The position numbers were made by a program, and so were the translations under genes. From NCBI GenBank assembly GCA_965237635.1, contig CBDEFX010000002.1, positions 1,874,554 through 1,938,553 on the forward strand: a stretch of 64,000 nucleotides of DNA, written 5' to 3'. The notes beneath the pieces are model-generated. The model had not been told where the DNA came from. It made no database searches and worked only from the letters and a program-made list of their open reading frames with translations. This stretch comes from Dehalococcoidia bacterium. Its GTDB lineage: Bacteria > Chloroflexota > Dehalococcoidia > Lucifugimonadales > CAUZJF01. How positions within the stretch are numbered: the stretch's first letter is position 1; every line of letters starts with the position of its first letter. Positions 1 to 9,341 of this stretch are shown one piece after another.

Positions 1-575
1 GGGTGAAACTGGAACGCGAACACATTGCGCCGAGCCAGGCTCGAACAGAACTCGATCTCGCCATAACGCGTGGTTGTCAGCACAATGGACGAGTCCCGCG
101 GAATCGCGTAGTAAGAGTGAACGAAATACATAAATTCACCACTTTCGACCCCTGTGAGGATCGGCCCAGAACGATCTGTGTTGTGATAGATGCGATTCCA
201 TCCGATCTGAGGTACTTTCGAATTAGAGTTGAACCGGACGACCGGGCCGTCGAAGATCCCGATGCCCTTATGTTTGCCAAACTCGGAACTCTCAGTCATA
301 AGAAGCTGCATACCAAGACAGATACCAATTAGAGGTTTGTCAGATGCAGCGACCTCTTTGAGCGGTCCGGCCAGGTCAAGTCTGTTCAGCGTTCGCATCC
401 CGTCACCAAAGGCTCCAACGCCTGGGAGGATGACGGCGTCAGCCGCAAGCACTATGTCCCGAGAGGACGTGACGGTGGCACCCAAGCCGACATGCTCACA
501 GGCCCGTTTGACACTGAACAGGTTCCCCAACCCGATGTCAACTATCGCGACCTTCCCGTCAGCCGCGTCAGGCAT
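1..575 (-). CDS. hisH: HisH-like class-I glutamine amidotransferase (imidazole glycerol phosphate synthase subunit H paralogue); 3' end runs off the window
   Basis: Absent from the ORF track because it has no stop codon inside the window. Reverse-strand translation from the ATG at 575-573 reads MPDAADGKVAIVDIGLGNLFSVKRACEHVG...PLIGICLGMQLL...RRNVFAFQFHP. This shows the GATase nucleophile motif GICLGMQ and the QFHP(E) end motif. The start overlaps the hisF-like stop by 8 nt (ATGCCTGA), suggesting translational coupling. Confidence 0.8.
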   Translation of the reverse strand, partial: MPDAADGKVAIVDIGLGNLFSVKRACEHVGLGATVTSSRDIVLAADAVILPGVGAFGDGMRTLNRLDLAGPLKEVAASDKPLIGICLGMQLLMTESSEFGKHKGIGIFDGPVVRFNSNSKVPQIGWNRIYHNTDRSGPILTGVESGEFMYFVHSYYAIPRDSSIVLTTTRYGEIEFCSSLARRNVFAFQFH

Positions 576-1443
576 TGGCAACCTCGTCGGCGGGGTAACG
601 GCAGTCTACCCCTTGCCGGACGAGGTATCCTTTGATTGAGGTAAGAGTGGTGTCTTCGAAGTTCAAGAACCCCATGCCGCGGCGCAGGAACTCGGTGTTG
701 CCCTCCCGAGGATAACTATTGGCGCTGTAGCTCATTTTCTTGACGTGGCCATAGTGCAGTATCGAGGCTAGGCTCACCGCGTCCGCCTTTCCCTCGAAGA
801 TCACGTCACGGATGTGTTCGGCCGTTCCCGCTCCGCCGCACGCTATCACCGGAATCGATACTGACTCGGCGATCGTTCTGGTGAGTTCCAGATCGAACCC
901 GGTGCCTGTGCCTTCCCGATCTATCGAGGTCACCATGATCTCGCCTGCGCCAAGCTCCTCAGCCGTTCGGGCCCACTTCATGGCGTCAACGCCGCTCTTC
1001 TCGCGGCCGTAATCGGTGTAGGCTTCGTACGTACCATCTGTTTTCTTGATTGCCTCGATGGAAACGACGATCGTGGAGGAACCAAATCGGCGTGAAGCAT
1101 CGCGGACTAGCTGGGGGTGATGGACAGCGGCTGTATTTAGAGCCACCTTGTCTGCTCCGGACCGCAACACAGTTCGTATATCTTCTACGCTTCGCAATCC
1201 ACCTCCGACGGTTAGGGGTATGAAAATCTCTTGCGCTGTTGTTTTGATGATGTCGACCAGGCTATTTCGACCGTAAAGACTGGCCACAGCATCCATGTAG
1301 AACAACTCGTCCGCCCCGCCTTCATAGTAGTAGCGGGCGTAATCTTCCGGCTTGCCCAGAACACGCAGTCCTTCGAGGTGAATACCCTTGACTACGTTCG
1401 GTCCCTTGATGTCAAGACGCGGTATCAAGCGAACATTGGCCAT
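568..1443 (-). CDS. hisF: HisF-like cyclase subunit (imidazole glycerol phosphate synthase paralogue) in a glycan locus
   Basis: 291-aa ORF. RLIPRLDIKG...VVKG, TVGGGLRSVEDI and IACGGAG match the HisF (beta/alpha)8 pattern. It is paired with the hisH-like gene next to sugar-nucleotide genes, an arrangement known from O-antigen/nonulosonate-type clusters rather than from the histidine operon. Confidence 0.85.
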   Translation of the reverse strand: MANVRLIPRLDIKGPNVVKGIHLEGLRVLGKPEDYARYYYEGGADELFYMDAVASLYGRNSLVDIIKTTAQEIFIPLTVGGGLRSVEDIRTVLRSGADKVALNTAAVHHPQLVRDASRRFGSSTIVVSIEAIKKTDGTYEAYTDYGREKSGVDAMKWARTAEELGAGEIMVTSIDREGTGTGFDLELTRTIAESVSIPVIACGGAGTAEHIRDVIFEGKADAVSLASILHYGHVKKMSYSANSYPREGNTEFLRRGMGFLNFEDTTLTSIKGYLVRQGVDCRYPADEVANA

Positions 1444-1966
1444 GCCTCTGGTTACCCCTTCAAGCTCAGATGCCGAACTCCCGACGCGAGTACGCCCGGA
1501 TTCTAGGCGTTACAGAGCTGAATCGAGGTTTGAGTGCACTCCCGTCCAAGTTCATCACGTCGAAACCTGACTTCGTCAACGGCGTAGGCTGCGGTAGGCG
1601 GATGTGGACCCGAGAGGGCTCTCTCAGGTTCAAAACGGCAACAGACCAGGTTTGGCCATTCTCATAAAAGGCAGGGCTCGCGCCGATTTCACGCACCACC
1701 CTCTGTAGGAGTACGTTTTGAGGGCGCACGCCAACTCCGACCGAGCCGGGTACGGCTTTGGGAGGCTCCACTACTGCTGCACCCGGTGGGACAGTCCTGC
1801 CGTGCTATGATGAACGCCCTCGGAGCCGTGGCTGCGACGAACAGGCGTCTATGGTGGGGCGGCCGTGGCGGAAGAGAGGCCGAGTGGTTTCACCGACCAC
1901 ACCCACGGCGCTTGGTCGGTCCGAATTAGCCGACAATTCATACCGTTCATAAAACGAACACATAGT

Positions 1967-1995
1967 AGGATATACTGAAGCTGAGCAACTGTCAA
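1967..1995 (-). promoter_or_regulatory. Candidate sigma70-type promoter (P1) reading leftward toward hisF/hisH
   Basis: On the minus strand there is a perfect TTGACA (complement of 1990-1995) preceded by TGTAGGTAC. A TATATC (15-nt spacer) or TATCCT (17-nt spacer) follows. The same upstream motif recurs at 9335-9350. The implied leader to the hisF start is about 520 nt. Confidence 0.4.
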
Positions 1996-2011
1996 GTACC
2001 TACAGGTATGG

Positions 2012-3456
2012 GTAACTGTTCAGACTTAAAGGGATGAACCTAAGAACCCCTAGCGTTGCGAGTGGCAGTGATGTCATAAGGGAGAGGTGGAAGCTGAAGT
2101 AGACCTGCAGAGTGCGAGCCGTGAGACGCTGCTGGCGGTGATAGCCGAGTTGCGGCAGCGTGTAGAGGAGTTGGATGCTCAGCTGAGCATCCGCGGCCCG
2201 ACCGCAGGGATGCCGGGCAACAAGCGGTTCGTCAAGCGGCATCAGCCTGAGAGGAACGGACCCCGTAAGCGTCGTCTCCACGGCTTTGCCCGACGGCGGA
2301 TGGAACCCACGCAGCGGGTGATACATGCTCCTAAGTCGTGCCCGGAGTGCGGGACGGGCCTGTCAGGCGGCTGGGTTCAGCGGACACGAGAAGTCATCGA
2401 GCTTCCGATGGTGCCAGCAGAGGTGATCGAGCACGTCTTTGTGGCCCGGATATGTCCGCTGTGCGACAAGCGGCGGTTGCCTCAAGAGCCGTTGGAGGGC
2501 TTAGCAATGGGGCGGCGGCGCTTGGGGGTCAACCTGGTGAGCCTTATTGTTACGCTGCGAGAAGAGGGGCGGCTGCCGGTGAGGAGCATCCAGTGGTACC
2601 TGCAAACGGTACATCAGTTGGAGCTGAGCGTGGGCGCCATCATTGACGTAGTACACGCCACGGCCCAACGGGCCCAACCGGTAGTGGCTGAGATGCTGGA
2701 GCGCATACGTGGCTCTCCGGTAGTGCATGCAGATGAGACCGGCTGGCGGCAGGATGGGGCCAACGGCTATGTCTGGACCTTCAGCACTCCCACGGAGCGA
2801 TACTTCCTACGCCGTGGCCGCGGCAAGGGTGTGGTGGACGAGGTGTTGGGCGAGTCCCCCGGTCAGGGCGAGAGCAGACTCTTCAGCGGAGTGCTGGTGA
2901 GTGACTTCTACGCTGCATACAGTCACTACCCCGGCCTCAAGCAGCGCTGCTGGGTACACCTGTTGCGGGACATCAATGAGCTTGAGGCGCTGTACCCTCA
3001 AGACATGGGCCTCGCCCTATGGGCTACAGCGGTGCGCCAACTCTATGACCGGGCAAAGGCGTGCACTGACGCCCGCAGCCGACCGGCGTCTGGCTCACAC
3101 CCGTCAGCGTCTCCCAACCAGTTGATGCTGGAGAAACTTCTGCTGTCGCTGTGCCAGCCCTTCTCCAACGACGATACTGCGCCTCAAGCCAAGCTCTGCC
3201 GGCGCATAGAACGGTTCATCAAGGAACTGTTCGTCTTCGTTTCCCACCCGGGTGTGCCACCCGAGAACAATGCGGCTGAACGGAGCTTACGGCACCTGGC
3301 GGTCAGCCGTAAGATCAGCGGCGGCACTCGCTCTGAACGGGGCACCAACACCAAAATGGCTCTCGCATCCCTCTTTGGCACCTGGAGGGCCAACGACCTT
3401 AACCCACTCCTCCACTGCCGCAACCTGCTCGTTTCCCCTCAACTCTGAACAGTTAC
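2012..3456 (+). mobile_element. IS66-family insertion sequence, single-ORF type, about 1445 bp
   Basis: Imperfect terminal inverted repeats: GTAACTGTTCAGACTTAAAGGGA at 2012 onward, and the reverse complement of 3433-3456, GTAACTGTTCAGAGTTGAGGGGA. The first 13 nt are identical and the ends start with GTAA, typical of IS66. A perfect 8-bp direct repeat AGGTATGG flanks the element at 2004-2011 and 3457-3464. Confidence 0.85.
2087..3448 (+). CDS. IS66-family transposase
   Basis: 453 aa with a GTG start. It has an N-terminal coiled-coil/leucine-zipper-like segment and the zinc-finger motifs CPECG...CPLC. It also carries HADETGW, VLVSDFYAAYSHY, QRCWVHLLRD and PENNAAERSLR, the DDE_Tnp_IS66 signature set. 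Confidence 0.9.
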   Translation: MEAEVDLQSASRETLLAVIAELRQRVEELDAQLSIRGPTAGMPGNKRFVKRHQPERNGPRKRRLHGFARRRMEPTQRVIHAPKSCPECGTGLSGGWVQRTREVIELPMVPAEVIEHVFVARICPLCDKRRLPQEPLEGLAMGRRRLGVNLVSLIVTLREEGRLPVRSIQWYLQTVHQLELSVGAIIDVVHATAQRAQPVVAEMLERIRGSPVVHADETGWRQDGANGYVWTFSTPTERYFLRRGRGKGVVDEVLGESPGQGESRLFSGVLVSDFYAAYSHYPGLKQRCWVHLLRDINELEALYPQDMGLALWATAVRQLYDRAKACTDARSRPASGSHPSASPNQLMLEKLLLSLCQPFSNDDTAPQAKLCRRIERFIKELFVFVSHPGVPPENNAAERSLRHLAVSRKISGGTRSERGTNTKMALASLFGTWRANDLNPLLHCRNLLVSPQL

Positions 3457-3635
3457 AGGTATGGAGCAATGTTTCATAGAAAGCGGATTGTCCCGTTCGG
3501 CTCCCCATACGTGCTATTGTTGCGGGCTTCTACGAGTCAGACCACTCGACAGGGTACAGGAGACCCCGGCAGGAACCCCGGAGCGGGGATGTGTGATGTA
3601 TAGTATCGGCCGAGGTTGGGGAGGCTGGTGAACTA

Positions 3636-5390
3636 ATGCGCGCCGGTTCGAATTCCACAAGACTGATCCTTGGGATAAACGCCTATCACGGCGACTCCTC
3701 CGCATGTCTTATCAGAGATGGAGAGATGGTTGCCGCCGCGGAGGAGGAACGTTTTCGGCGCATCAAGCATTGGGCTGGCTTTCCCACCGAGGCGATAAGG
3801 TACTGCCTGCGAGAGGCGGATGTCAAAGCCGACGAAATCGAACACATAGCGTTCTCCCGGAACCCTCTGGCACGCCTCCATAGCAAGGCGATATTTGCGC
3901 TAACGCAACGGCCTAGCCTTGGCCTTATCAGGAGCCGGCTGGCGAACATGAACCGGATGGCGGGCTCCAGGGAGCTTCTCACTTCCGCACTGAACATGGA
4001 GGCGTCCGGCCTTAAGGCGAAGTTCCACAGGGTGGAGCACCACCGTGCCCACAGCGCCAGCGCCTTCTTCGTGTCGCCCTTCGACACGGCCGCAGTGGTC
4101 TCCATAGACGCGTTTGGGGACTTCCGCAGCACGATGGTCAGCATGGGCCAGGGCGGCCGAATGGACGTGGTTAACACCGTAGAGTTCCCGCATTCGCTGG
4201 GCATACTCTATACCGCCGTGACACAGTACCTGGGGTTCCCGCGATACGGCGACGAGTACAAAGTCATGGGTCTGGCAGCCTTCGGCCAGCCGACATTCCT
4301 CGATGAGTTCCGGAGGATGGTGGGTACTCGGCCGAAGGGAACCTTCAAGCTGGACCTGGAGTACTTCCGGCACGCCTCCGAGGGCGTTCCGATGACCTGG
4401 GACGACTGCGAACCGCAGATCGGGCGCGCCTACTCGGACTATATGATCCGGCGCCTTGGGCCTGCCCGTCAGCCGGCCGACGAGCTGACCGACAGACATG
4501 AGAACATCGCTGCTTCCCTCCAAGCCGCACTAGAAGAGGTGTACTTCCACGTTCTCAACTACGCCCATGAGGTCACCGGCCAGAAGCGGCTAGCCCTAGC
4601 GGGCGGCGTCGCTTTCAATAGCGTCGCAAACGGGCAGATTTTCGACAGGACCCCCTTCGAGGATGTCTATATCCAGGCGGCGGCCGGCGACGCGGGCACC
4701 GGACTAGGCGCTGCCTACCACATCTATCACAAGGAGTCAGGTCACCCTCGCAGATTTGTGATGGACAACGCCTTCTGGGGACCAGGGTTCGAGGACTCGG
4801 AATTCACTCGGGTGCTTGAGGCTCAGGGTCTGGAATATGCCCGTCTGCCCGACGACCAGCTATACGAACACACTGCCGAAGCCGTCGCCGCGGGCAAGAT
4901 CGTCGGCTGGTTCCAGGGCCGGATCGAGTGGGGCCCGCGAGCGTTGGGCAACAGGAGCATCATCGCCGACCCCCGCCGTGTAGACATGAAGGACATCTTG
5001 AACGCCCGCATCAAGCGCCGAGAACCTTTCCGGCCCTTCGCTCCCTCGATCCTGCTGGAGGCCGTCGACAGCTATTTCGAGAGGTCGTACCCCGACCCCT
5101 TCATGATCAAGGTCTATCCCATAAAGCCGGAGAAACGAGACGTGATTCCGGCCGTCACCCACGTAGACGGAACAGGCCGTCTCCAGACCGTGAGTAGAAA
5201 GGAAAACCCGCGCTACTGGTCGCTGATCAAGGAGTTTGAGCGCCAGACCGGCGTCCCCATACTACTGAACACCTCGTTCAACGAGAACGAGCCGATTGTC
5301 TGCACGCCGGAGCAGGCGGTCGAATGTTATCAGCGGACCAAGATGGACGTCCTGGTCCTGGGCAACTACCTGGTCGAGATCGGCCCATAG
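3636..5390 (+). CDS. Carbamoyltransferase (NodU/CmcH family)
   Basis: 584 aa. The N-terminus LGINAYHGDSSACLIRDGEMVAAAEEERFRRIKH and the overall length and layout are typical of NodU/CmcH/TobZ-like O-carbamoyltransferases. Confidence 0.85.
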   Translation: MRAGSNSTRLILGINAYHGDSSACLIRDGEMVAAAEEERFRRIKHWAGFPTEAIRYCLREADVKADEIEHIAFSRNPLARLHSKAIFALTQRPSLGLIRSRLANMNRMAGSRELLTSALNMEASGLKAKFHRVEHHRAHSASAFFVSPFDTAAVVSIDAFGDFRSTMVSMGQGGRMDVVNTVEFPHSLGILYTAVTQYLGFPRYGDEYKVMGLAAFGQPTFLDEFRRMVGTRPKGTFKLDLEYFRHASEGVPMTWDDCEPQIGRAYSDYMIRRLGPARQPADELTDRHENIAASLQAALEEVYFHVLNYAHEVTGQKRLALAGGVAFNSVANGQIFDRTPFEDVYIQAAAGDAGTGLGAAYHIYHKESGHPRRFVMDNAFWGPGFEDSEFTRVLEAQGLEYARLPDDQLYEHTAEAVAAGKIVGWFQGRIEWGPRALGNRSIIADPRRVDMKDILNARIKRREPFRPFAPSILLEAVDSYFERSYPDPFMIKVYPIKPEKRDVIPAVTHVDGTGRLQTVSRKENPRYWSLIKEFERQTGVPILLNTSFNENEPIVCTPEQAVECYQRTKMDVLVLGNYLVEIGP

Positions 5391-5434
5391 CGGTTGGACT
5401 TCTCCGCACACCTCTTATTGCACGGGGGCCTGTC

Positions 5435-5463
5435 GTAGAGACGCCCCGCTGGGGCGTCTCTAC
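5435..5463. terminator. Palindromic GC-rich hairpin between convergent genes (repeat family B, copy 1)
   Basis: GTAGAGACGCCCCGCTGGGGCGTCTCTAC has a 13-bp perfect stem and a 3-nt loop. It lies between the carbamoyltransferase stop (5390) and the UDP-xylose synthase stop (5479). An identical copy is at 50258-50286. Confidence 0.55.
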
Positions 5464-5478
5464 ATTATTCTTGCTTGC

Positions 5479-6507
5479 TCAGGTCTTGACCGCCGCTCTA
5501 ACGGCCTCTTGGAAGTAGGGCGCGACCCTCTTTAAGCCGTCTAAGCGACCTATCCTCGGCTCCCAGCCCAGGAGGCGACGCGCGAGGGAGATGTCGGGCC
5601 TGCGGGTTTTCGGATCGTCCACCGGAAGAGGGCTGAATGTTATTGAGCTAATGCTCCCGGTCGCACTTATGACTTCCTCCGCGATCTTTAGGACGGTGAC
5701 CTCCTGGGGGTTGCCGATGTTCACGACCAGCGCGTCGTCTTCCGCTTCCTGGTCCTTACTTCGTCCGTGAGTCAGCAGCCGGAAGATACCCTCGACAGTG
5801 TCGTCCACATAGCATAGTGAGCGGGTCTGCGACCCGTCCCCATATACGGTAAGCGGCTCACCTCCTATGGCCTGGGTCATGAACGTGGGTACCGCTCGCC
5901 CATCGTCGACGCGCATCCGGGGCCCATAGGTGTTGAATATCCTTGCAATGCGCACGTCGAGTCCATGTGTATGATAGTACGCACTGGTCATAGCCTCGGC
6001 GAACCGTTTGGCCTCGTCATAGACACTGCGCGGCCCTATTGGGCTTACGTTTCCGGAGTAACTTTCCGGCTGAGGGTTCACCTCGGGGTCCCCGTAGACC
6101 TCTGAGCTAGACGCGAGCAGAAACGTGGCGTCATGCGCCTTGGCCAGTCCCAGCGCGTTATGCGTTCCCAGCGCTCCGACCTTCAGAGTGTGGATAGGGT
6201 GTCGCATGTAGGCTTTGGGGCTGGCTGGGCTGGCGAAGTGTAGAACGTAGTCGACGCGCGGGTCGGCCGGCCCGGTCGTAGACCCTGCCAGAAGATCACG
6301 CAGGTATATAGGCTCTGTCACGTCGTGGGACCGGAAGATGAAGTCGGGATGTTCCAGGAGATGGTCTACGTTCGTGGAGACACCCGTGATCAGGTTGTCT
6401 AGGCAGAGCACCTGGTGCCCCTCAGCCAGCAGGCGATCGCACAGATGAGAGCCCAGGAACCCTGACCCGCCTGTAATGAGTGTCCTGCGCTGTCTATCTT
6501 CTGCCAA
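5479..6507 (-). CDS. UDP-glucuronate decarboxylase (UDP-xylose synthase), extended SDR
   Basis: 342 aa. [28 protein letters not shown] is the Rossmann motif. [25 protein letters not shown] and [12 protein letters not shown] match the UXS/ArnA-decarboxylase pattern. It sits immediately downstream of ugd. Confidence 0.8.
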   Translation of the reverse strand: MAEDRQRRTLITGGSGFLGSHLCDRLLAEGHQVLCLDNLITGVSTNVDHLLEHPDFIFRSHDVTEPIYLRDLLAGSTTGPADPRVDYVLHFASPASPKAYMRHPIHTLKVGALGTHNALGLAKAHDATFLLASSSEVYGDPEVNPQPESYSGNVSPIGPRSVYDEAKRFAEAMTSAYYHTHGLDVRIARIFNTYGPRMRVDDGRAVPTFMTQAIGGEPLTVYGDGSQTRSLCYVDDTVEGIFRLLTHGRSKDQEAEDDALVVNIGNPQEVTVLKIAEEVISATGSISSITFSPLPVDDPKTRRPDISLARRLLGWEPRIGRLDGLKRVAPYFQEAVRAAVKT

Positions 6508-6510
6508 TCG

Positions 6511-7860
6511 CTATGGCCTTCCGATACTGTGGTACTCGAAGCCAAGAGTTCGGACCGAATCGGGGTCCAACATGTTGCGTCCGTCTACGATCAGGGGGAC
6601 CGCCATACGGCCTCGGACATCCGCAAGGTCTACCTCGTGAAATTCGGGCCACTCGGTTAGCAGTAGTACAGCCTCCGCATCCTGGGCAGCCTCCTCAGGC
6701 CCGTCGCAGTAGGTCAGGCTCCCAGCATTTCCATCGGGGAAGTGGTGTTGAAACTCGTCCATTGCCTGCGGGTCGAAAACGCGTAGGATCGCGCCCTCCT
6801 CTAACAGGCCTCGGACTATTCCTAGACTTGGCGCCTCTCGCACGTCGTCGGTCCCCGGCTTGAATGCAACTCCCCAGATGGCCAAAGTCTTTCCGTTAAT
6901 GACCCATAGCGACTTTCGAACCTCGGACAAGAAGCGTTCCACCCTACTCTTGTTGATGCGCTCCACCTCTCGCAATAGCGAGAAGTCCAGGCCATGCTGT
7001 GAGGCGATCCATGCAAAGGCCGGCAAGTCCTTCGGAAAGCAAGACCCGCCATACCCTATCCCAGCCTTAAGGTAGCTTGAGCCTATTCGCGGGTCCATAC
7101 CTAGGCCCCGAGCGACATCGTCGATGTTGGCTCCGGCGGCCTCGCACAGATCGGCAACCATATTGACGAACGAGAGCTTCGTGGCGAGGAATGAGTTAGA
7201 CGCATGTTTAATTATCTCGGCCGTGTTGATGTCGGTCGTTATCACCGACGACTCGACGGACCTGCCCGAGCGCTCCAGAAGTGGTCCGTAGATCTCCAGA
7301 AGCAGCTTGGCGGCACGGTCGCTCTCGACCCCTAGAACGATGCGGTCGGGATTCATGACGTCTTCGATCGCCATCCCCTCCCGAAGGAACTCTGGGTTGA
7401 CAGCTACGTCGAAATCCGGACCGGAACCCGATGTATCTGCCCCGGAGTAGCGAAGCACGCTCCTTTTGAGCTGCTGGGCGGTCTGGACCGGTGTCGTACT
7501 TTTCTCAACGATCAGCTTGTAGCCATTAAGGTTGGAAGCGATCACCCTGGCCACAGCATCCAACTGCGAGAGGTCCGCCGATCCGTCTTCACGTTTGGGC
7601 GTTCCAACGCACACGAAAAGGACGGAAGCATCGCGCATAGCCGTGGACACGTCTGCCTCGACCACGAAGTTCCCAGTGTCGAGGTGTTTCCTGAGGAGTT
7701 CTTCGACGCCCGGCTCGCGATAGGGTACCTCGCCGCTAGCGATCAGCTCAGCCTTTGTCTGGTCGTCCTCAGCCCCAACAACGGGCCAACCCAACTCAGC
7801 AAGGCCGAGGGCGGTCGGCAGGCCCACGTGGCCAAGGCCCAACACCGCTATCTTCAACAC
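6511..7860 (-). CDS. ugd: UDP-glucose 6-dehydrogenase
   Basis: 449 aa. IAVLGLGHVGLPTA is the Rossmann motif, NPEFLREG is present, and GGSCFPKD is the catalytic Cys motif. Confidence 0.9.
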   Translation of the reverse strand: MLKIAVLGLGHVGLPTALGLAELGWPVVGAEDDQTKAELIASGEVPYREPGVEELLRKHLDTGNFVVEADVSTAMRDASVLFVCVGTPKREDGSADLSQLDAVARVIASNLNGYKLIVEKSTTPVQTAQQLKRSVLRYSGADTSGSGPDFDVAVNPEFLREGMAIEDVMNPDRIVLGVESDRAAKLLLEIYGPLLERSGRSVESSVITTDINTAEIIKHASNSFLATKLSFVNMVADLCEAAGANIDDVARGLGMDPRIGSSYLKAGIGYGGSCFPKDLPAFAWIASQHGLDFSLLREVERINKSRVERFLSEVRKSLWVINGKTLAIWGVAFKPGTDDVREAPSLGIVRGLLEEGAILRVFDPQAMDEFQHHFPDGNAGSLTYCDGPEEAAQDAEAVLLLTEWPEFHEVDLADVRGRMAVPLIVDGRNMLDPDSVRTLGFEYHSIGRP

Positions 7861-8011
7861 ACCCTCCTGAAGTGACGACTCGACAGCAGATTGCAGACGC
7901 GATTATGAACATTCTGGGGTTGAATGTCTGTAAGGAACAAGTACACCCGCCAGAGCGCGTCGTCTCTAGCCGAAGCGTAGGTGTCTCTCGCGACGCCAGC
8001 CCACGAGACGA

Positions 8012-8647
8012 TCACACGCGGGCGGCGGCACGGGGCCCGAACCCGCGGATCCAACGTCCCCTGCCTCTCGTCCTACGCGGAGCGCGCCCCGGATAGAATG
8101 CCACCGGATCGTCACTAGCGGGCTGCAGGTCCTCCCAAGGGACGCGCGCCGGCACAAGCTGGCCCATGAAGTCCAGGAGCACTCGAACCTGCGACTGCGG
8201 TGACTTCGGCTCTTCGAGTACCTCGGCCAGGTTCTCCATCGAGCCCGCGGTAACGACTACCTTTTCTCCCCGCCGAAACCTCCTCCAGTATCCACCCTCA
8301 CTCTTAATCGTCGCTAAACGGCGGACCAGTTCGGCCACGACCTCGTCTGGGACCTTTGGCGCAACCCCGTCAAACTGGACCCAACCTATCATGCCGGCTA
8401 CATGATTGATGGGAGGTAGCCTGGAGGCGTCTTGATCTCGTCTAACGAAGAGGTATCCCGGGAAAAGCGGAATGTCCTTATAACCAAGCCTAGGGCGGGG
8501 CGTCTGAACACGCGGGAAGTACAGATCGTACCCATTCCGCTCGAGCGCGGCAGCGGCAACGTACTCAGACTGTGGCTTTGTACGAGCCAGGTGCCACGCG
8601 GACCCCTCTGAGGCCAGTTTCAAATCTGACTTCCCGTTGCTCTGCAT
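8012..8647 (-). CDS. NusG-family paralogue (RfaH/UpxY-like operon-specific antiterminator candidate) with an Arg-rich C-terminal tail
   Basis: 211 aa. The NGN-like N-terminus reads WHLARTKPQSEYVAAAALERNGYDLYFP...PLFPGYLFV and the KOW-like segment reads GEKVVVTAGSMENLAEVLE. The last 25 residues are RRTRGRGRWIRGFGPRAAARV. It is located in a polysaccharide locus, as specialised NusG paralogues usually are. Confidence 0.7.
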   Translation of the reverse strand: MQSNGKSDLKLASEGSAWHLARTKPQSEYVAAAALERNGYDLYFPRVQTPRPRLGYKDIPLFPGYLFVRRDQDASRLPPINHVAGMIGWVQFDGVAPKVPDEVVAELVRRLATIKSEGGYWRRFRRGEKVVVTAGSMENLAEVLEEPKSPQSQVRVLLDFMGQLVPARVPWEDLQPASDDPVAFYPGRAPRRTRGRGRWIRGFGPRAAARV

Positions 8648-8682
8648 CCCGACGCCGCCTCCTGTCGGTGTTTTAAGCCGAT

Positions 8683-9306
8683 TCAGCCTCGCGCCCGCAG
8701 AAACTCCACAAGCTGCGATTCGGATGCGCCCGAAGCATACAGGTCCTCACGCGCGGCATCCCCGTGGTCCGAATCCGCCACGATTATCTTTGCGTACTCA
8801 CCGGCGACCATAGATCCCATTTCCTGGACGGGCATCCCCAGGAAGCTCGGCCCCTGGGAGTTCGTCCCGAATACATCGATGTCATCGACACCGATTTCCC
8901 GGAGCGCCAAGTATGCAAGCTCAGCTAGCTCGGTGGTGCCGACGATGGCGACTCTTGATTCTTTGTTAAGCGGCAGATTGCTGAAGTCCTGACGCAAGAT
9001 CTGGCGCACCCTGCGATAGTGGTGCATGAACCGGTCGATGTACACAAGGGTGAGTTGGACCTTGCGGGCCATACCCCTGGGCGTGACAACATAGACCCAC
9101 CGCTTCCAGCTGAGGTGAGTGACCTTGATATAGCCCTTGGTGGCCAACCTCCGCACCAGTAGGTTGGCCACGCCGAGGGCGATGCCAAGCCGTCTCGCGA
9201 GCTGGCGCTGGCTCAGGTCTGGACTGCTATCGACCTCCTCAAGAAGCCGTAGCTCCCGGTAGGAGTTGTCCTCCAGACCTTTCGAGTGTTCATCAGAAGA
9301 ACGCAT
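8683..9306 (-). CDS. Winged-helix (MarR-type, EPS-associated) regulator fused to a Rossmann-like C-terminal domain
   Basis: 207 aa. The N-terminal wHTH reads LSQRQLARRLGIALGVANLLVRRLATKGYIKV. The C-terminal half, VAIVGTTELAELAYLALREIGVDDIDVFG, resembles a small nucleotide/CoA-binding fold. Confidence 0.6.
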   Translation of the reverse strand: MRSSDEHSKGLEDNSYRELRLLEEVDSSPDLSQRQLARRLGIALGVANLLVRRLATKGYIKVTHLSWKRWVYVVTPRGMARKVQLTLVYIDRFMHHYRRVRQILRQDFSNLPLNKESRVAIVGTTELAELAYLALREIGVDDIDVFGTNSQGPSFLGMPVQEMGSMVAGEYAKIIVADSDHGDAAREDLYASGASESQLVEFLRARG

Positions 9307-9312
9307 GCGACA

Positions 9313-9341
9313 AATATATTGCTCATCGAAGCTGCTGTCAA
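9313..9341 (-). promoter_or_regulatory. Candidate sigma70 promoter (P2) giving a leaderless or near-leaderless marR-like transcript
   Basis: The minus strand reads TGTAGGTAC-TTGACA-(17 nt)-TATATT-tgtcgc-ATG. The -35 is the complement of 9336-9341 and the -10 is the complement of 9313-9318. The ATG of the regulator (9306) lies 7 nt after the -10. Confidence 0.55.

Noticed and set aside
1466-1771. 101-aa minus-strand ORF in the long leader between the putative promoter P1 and hisF.
   Set aside because: It has no recognisable motif and no obvious ribosome-binding site. Several overlapping ORFs of similar size exist on both strands. It is retained only as a possibility in the discussion of the leader.
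3645-3656. tRNA-like T-loop sequence GGTTCGAATTCC.
   Set aside because: It lies inside the first codons of the carbamoyltransferase gene. The flanking bases cannot form a T-stem or acceptor stem, and no cloverleaf can be drawn.
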